DNA from: Malacoraja senta
Taxonomy: Eukaryota
NCBI GenBank assembly: GCA_038087875.1
Contig: CM075990.1
Span: forward strand, 13,084,001 to 13,148,000
Direction of reading: 5' to 3'
DNA: 64,000 nucleotides
Positions 61,933 to 64,000 of this stretch are shown here, piece after piece (within the stretch, counting starts at the first letter, position 1; each line of letters starts with the position of its first letter). The position numbers and the translations under genes were made by a program. The notes below the pieces were generated by a model, which saw only the letters and a list, made by a program, of their open reading frames with translations, was not told the origin of the DNA and searched no databases.

Positions 61933-63612
61933 CTTTATTATTATTATTAATAATAAAATAACAATAAATAAATCATTAAACATTATTATTCTTAAGAATG
62001 GATTCTCGAACAAATTAACGATGGAATGACTAGTTATATTGCTTGTGTTAGACATATTATTATAGGAATGTACATACTGAGTTATGAGGGGAGTAATGAA
62101 TCCCTACCACTTCCTCTCCATAGCCCAATAAACCAAAGTACTAGTTAATCACCGCACTAATAATTCCAGAGTTGAGCTAAAAAATAATTCCATGTATAAA
62201 GGGGATCTTTTAAAACTGCTGACCATTACTCATCATGCAATATTAATCAAAAGAAGTTTTATGAACCATGTTTTGTTCTGAAGCTTTGGAATGAAGTACA
62301 TTTTACAAATTCATTCACTCAGCTTACAGATTGATCACAAGAGAGCTGTGCATCATGCTGGATCAATACTTACTGGACAGAACAGTGGTGAGAAAAATGT
62401 AATCAGAGAATGAAATCAGTCCACACTCTCCCAGAGTGTAAAATATGCTGTCTTCATCGACAAACTTCTCCCGCCCATGGGTCAGTTTCTGACAAAGAAA
62501 AAAAAAAAAATATGACAATAATACTGAGAGATTTCTGGGCTATTAAGTATAAGGTTTCAAACTGTTCAAGATGCAAAGCAGAAGCCGAGAGACAAGAAAT
62601 GGGAATTTAGTTGATGGCAAAACTGTATGCATGTCATTATAGTTGTGCAGAAGCCACGGTTAGGGAGAATACCATGCAAGGGCCACTGTATCAGACACAC
62701 AGTAAACACAGCAATGTTTAAAATAGGAAAGACTGATGCGGACCGATTTACATAAGTAAATGCTGCAAAATGTCACAGCAAAGTTCCAATGATCACCGTG
62801 AAATGCAGATCAGTTTTCACTGACCATCAGGAAATTATAACTCAGAAACACAGCTACAAATTAGAATTCAAAGCATTTATACTTTATTCCTTGTTCCAGT
62901 TCAGTCAATCAATCACCTCATGACAAATCCATGCTTCAGTACACCGAATATTGACTTTCTTCATATCTCTTGGTACAGAATTAAAAAAAAAAAAACCGAC
63001 TAAACTTGAAAATGTCACCTAATCTTTAGCATATGTATAGATTTCTGGGCACAGGTATAAGATCTCCACAACTCGGCGAAGCAAAGGTGCTTCCTGATTT
63101 TGTTCATATATTGTTCTGTCAAGTGACCTAGTTATTCTGTCAAGTGGCATTGTTTTGGATCATCCCACCAGAAAAAATAACTTTCTGTACCTACAGCACT
63201 GAGTCATAGAGTTTAGAGATACAGCACGGAAACGGGGCCTTTGGCCCAGTGTCTGCGCTGCCCAGCAATCACCCCGTACAAAAGATTCATAGAGTTATAC
63301 AGTAAGGAAACATCAGACTATCTACCCTCTCTACGCCCCTCACAATTTGATTAATCTCGATAAGGTGACTCTTTAGCCTCCTTTGTTACTGGGAGAACAG
63401 CCACAGCTGATCTGATCTCTCCTTATAACCCAAGTCCTCCAGTCCATATTGTTAGGTTACGCGAGTGGGCAATGAGTGGGCAAATTAAGCTGAATGCTGG
63501 TTCAGAAAATCGGTCTGTTTTGGCAGAAAAAAATATATATATATTTTCTCTAAATAGTAAGAGACTGCAGCCTTCTAAGGGATCTGGGTTTCCTAATGCA
63601 CGATTTGCAGGT

Positions 63613-63888
63613 TAGTTTAGATTAGTGTAGAGATACACATCGACCATCTGTTCACACTAGTTCAGTGTTATCCCACTTTCTCATCCATTCCATACACATT
63701 CGGGGCAATCTACAGAGGCCAATTAATATACAAACACGCACGACTTTGGAATGTGGGAGGAAGACAGAGCACCCAGAGGAAACCGATGTGGTTACATGCA
63801 ACTGGTTACTGGTTCCACACCCACAGTAGCTGAGATCAGGATCGAACCTCGGTGTTTGGTATAGTGAGGCAGCTGCGCCACTATGCCA
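63613..63888 (-). mobile_element. V-SINE (HE1-like)
   Basis: Reverse complement head GGCATAGTGGCGCAGC, GGTTCGATCC B-box, partial V-domain. Confidence 0.7.
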
Positions 63889-64000
63889 TCCATAAATTGT
63901 GTGGATCCATATATGGTCCGAAGACTTCATTGTAGTTAACAGGTGAGAATAACTGTCTGACGTCAAAGCACTATGTGACAGAGTGCGGCATCAAAGCACC

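Overview
Vertebrate genomic DNA, most likely from a cartilaginous fish such as a skate or ray. This is inferred from the abundant HE1-like V-SINEs, CR1, Rex1/Babar and Penelope-like repeats. Two host genes lie on the minus strand in the same order as in human. DNAJB12 contributes its first coding exon (12124-12256) in a CpG-rich promoter and continues off the left edge. MICU1 contributes its last six coding exons (55932 down to 32422, EF-hands 1-4 and the C-terminal helix) and continues off the right edge. The rest is repeat-dense intronic and intergenic DNA: three IR/DR-type DD34E Tc1 copies, a ~3.1 kb 5'-truncated CR1, several Rex1/Babar and CR1 3' fragments, about ten V-SINEs and a compound minisatellite with a higher-order period. 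The most striking signal is more than 20 short, often palindromic elements. They trace to the 3' end of a Penelope-like retroelement (ORF C-terminus visible at 22916-23008), carry 13-15 bp target-site duplications, and contain a minimal hammerhead-ribozyme core (CTGANGA-stem-GAAACGTC). Most ORFs in the supplied track are spurious or repeat-derived. Repeat boundaries are approximate; exon boundaries were read from GT/AG sites. Comparisons to human proteins are from memory, not from a search.
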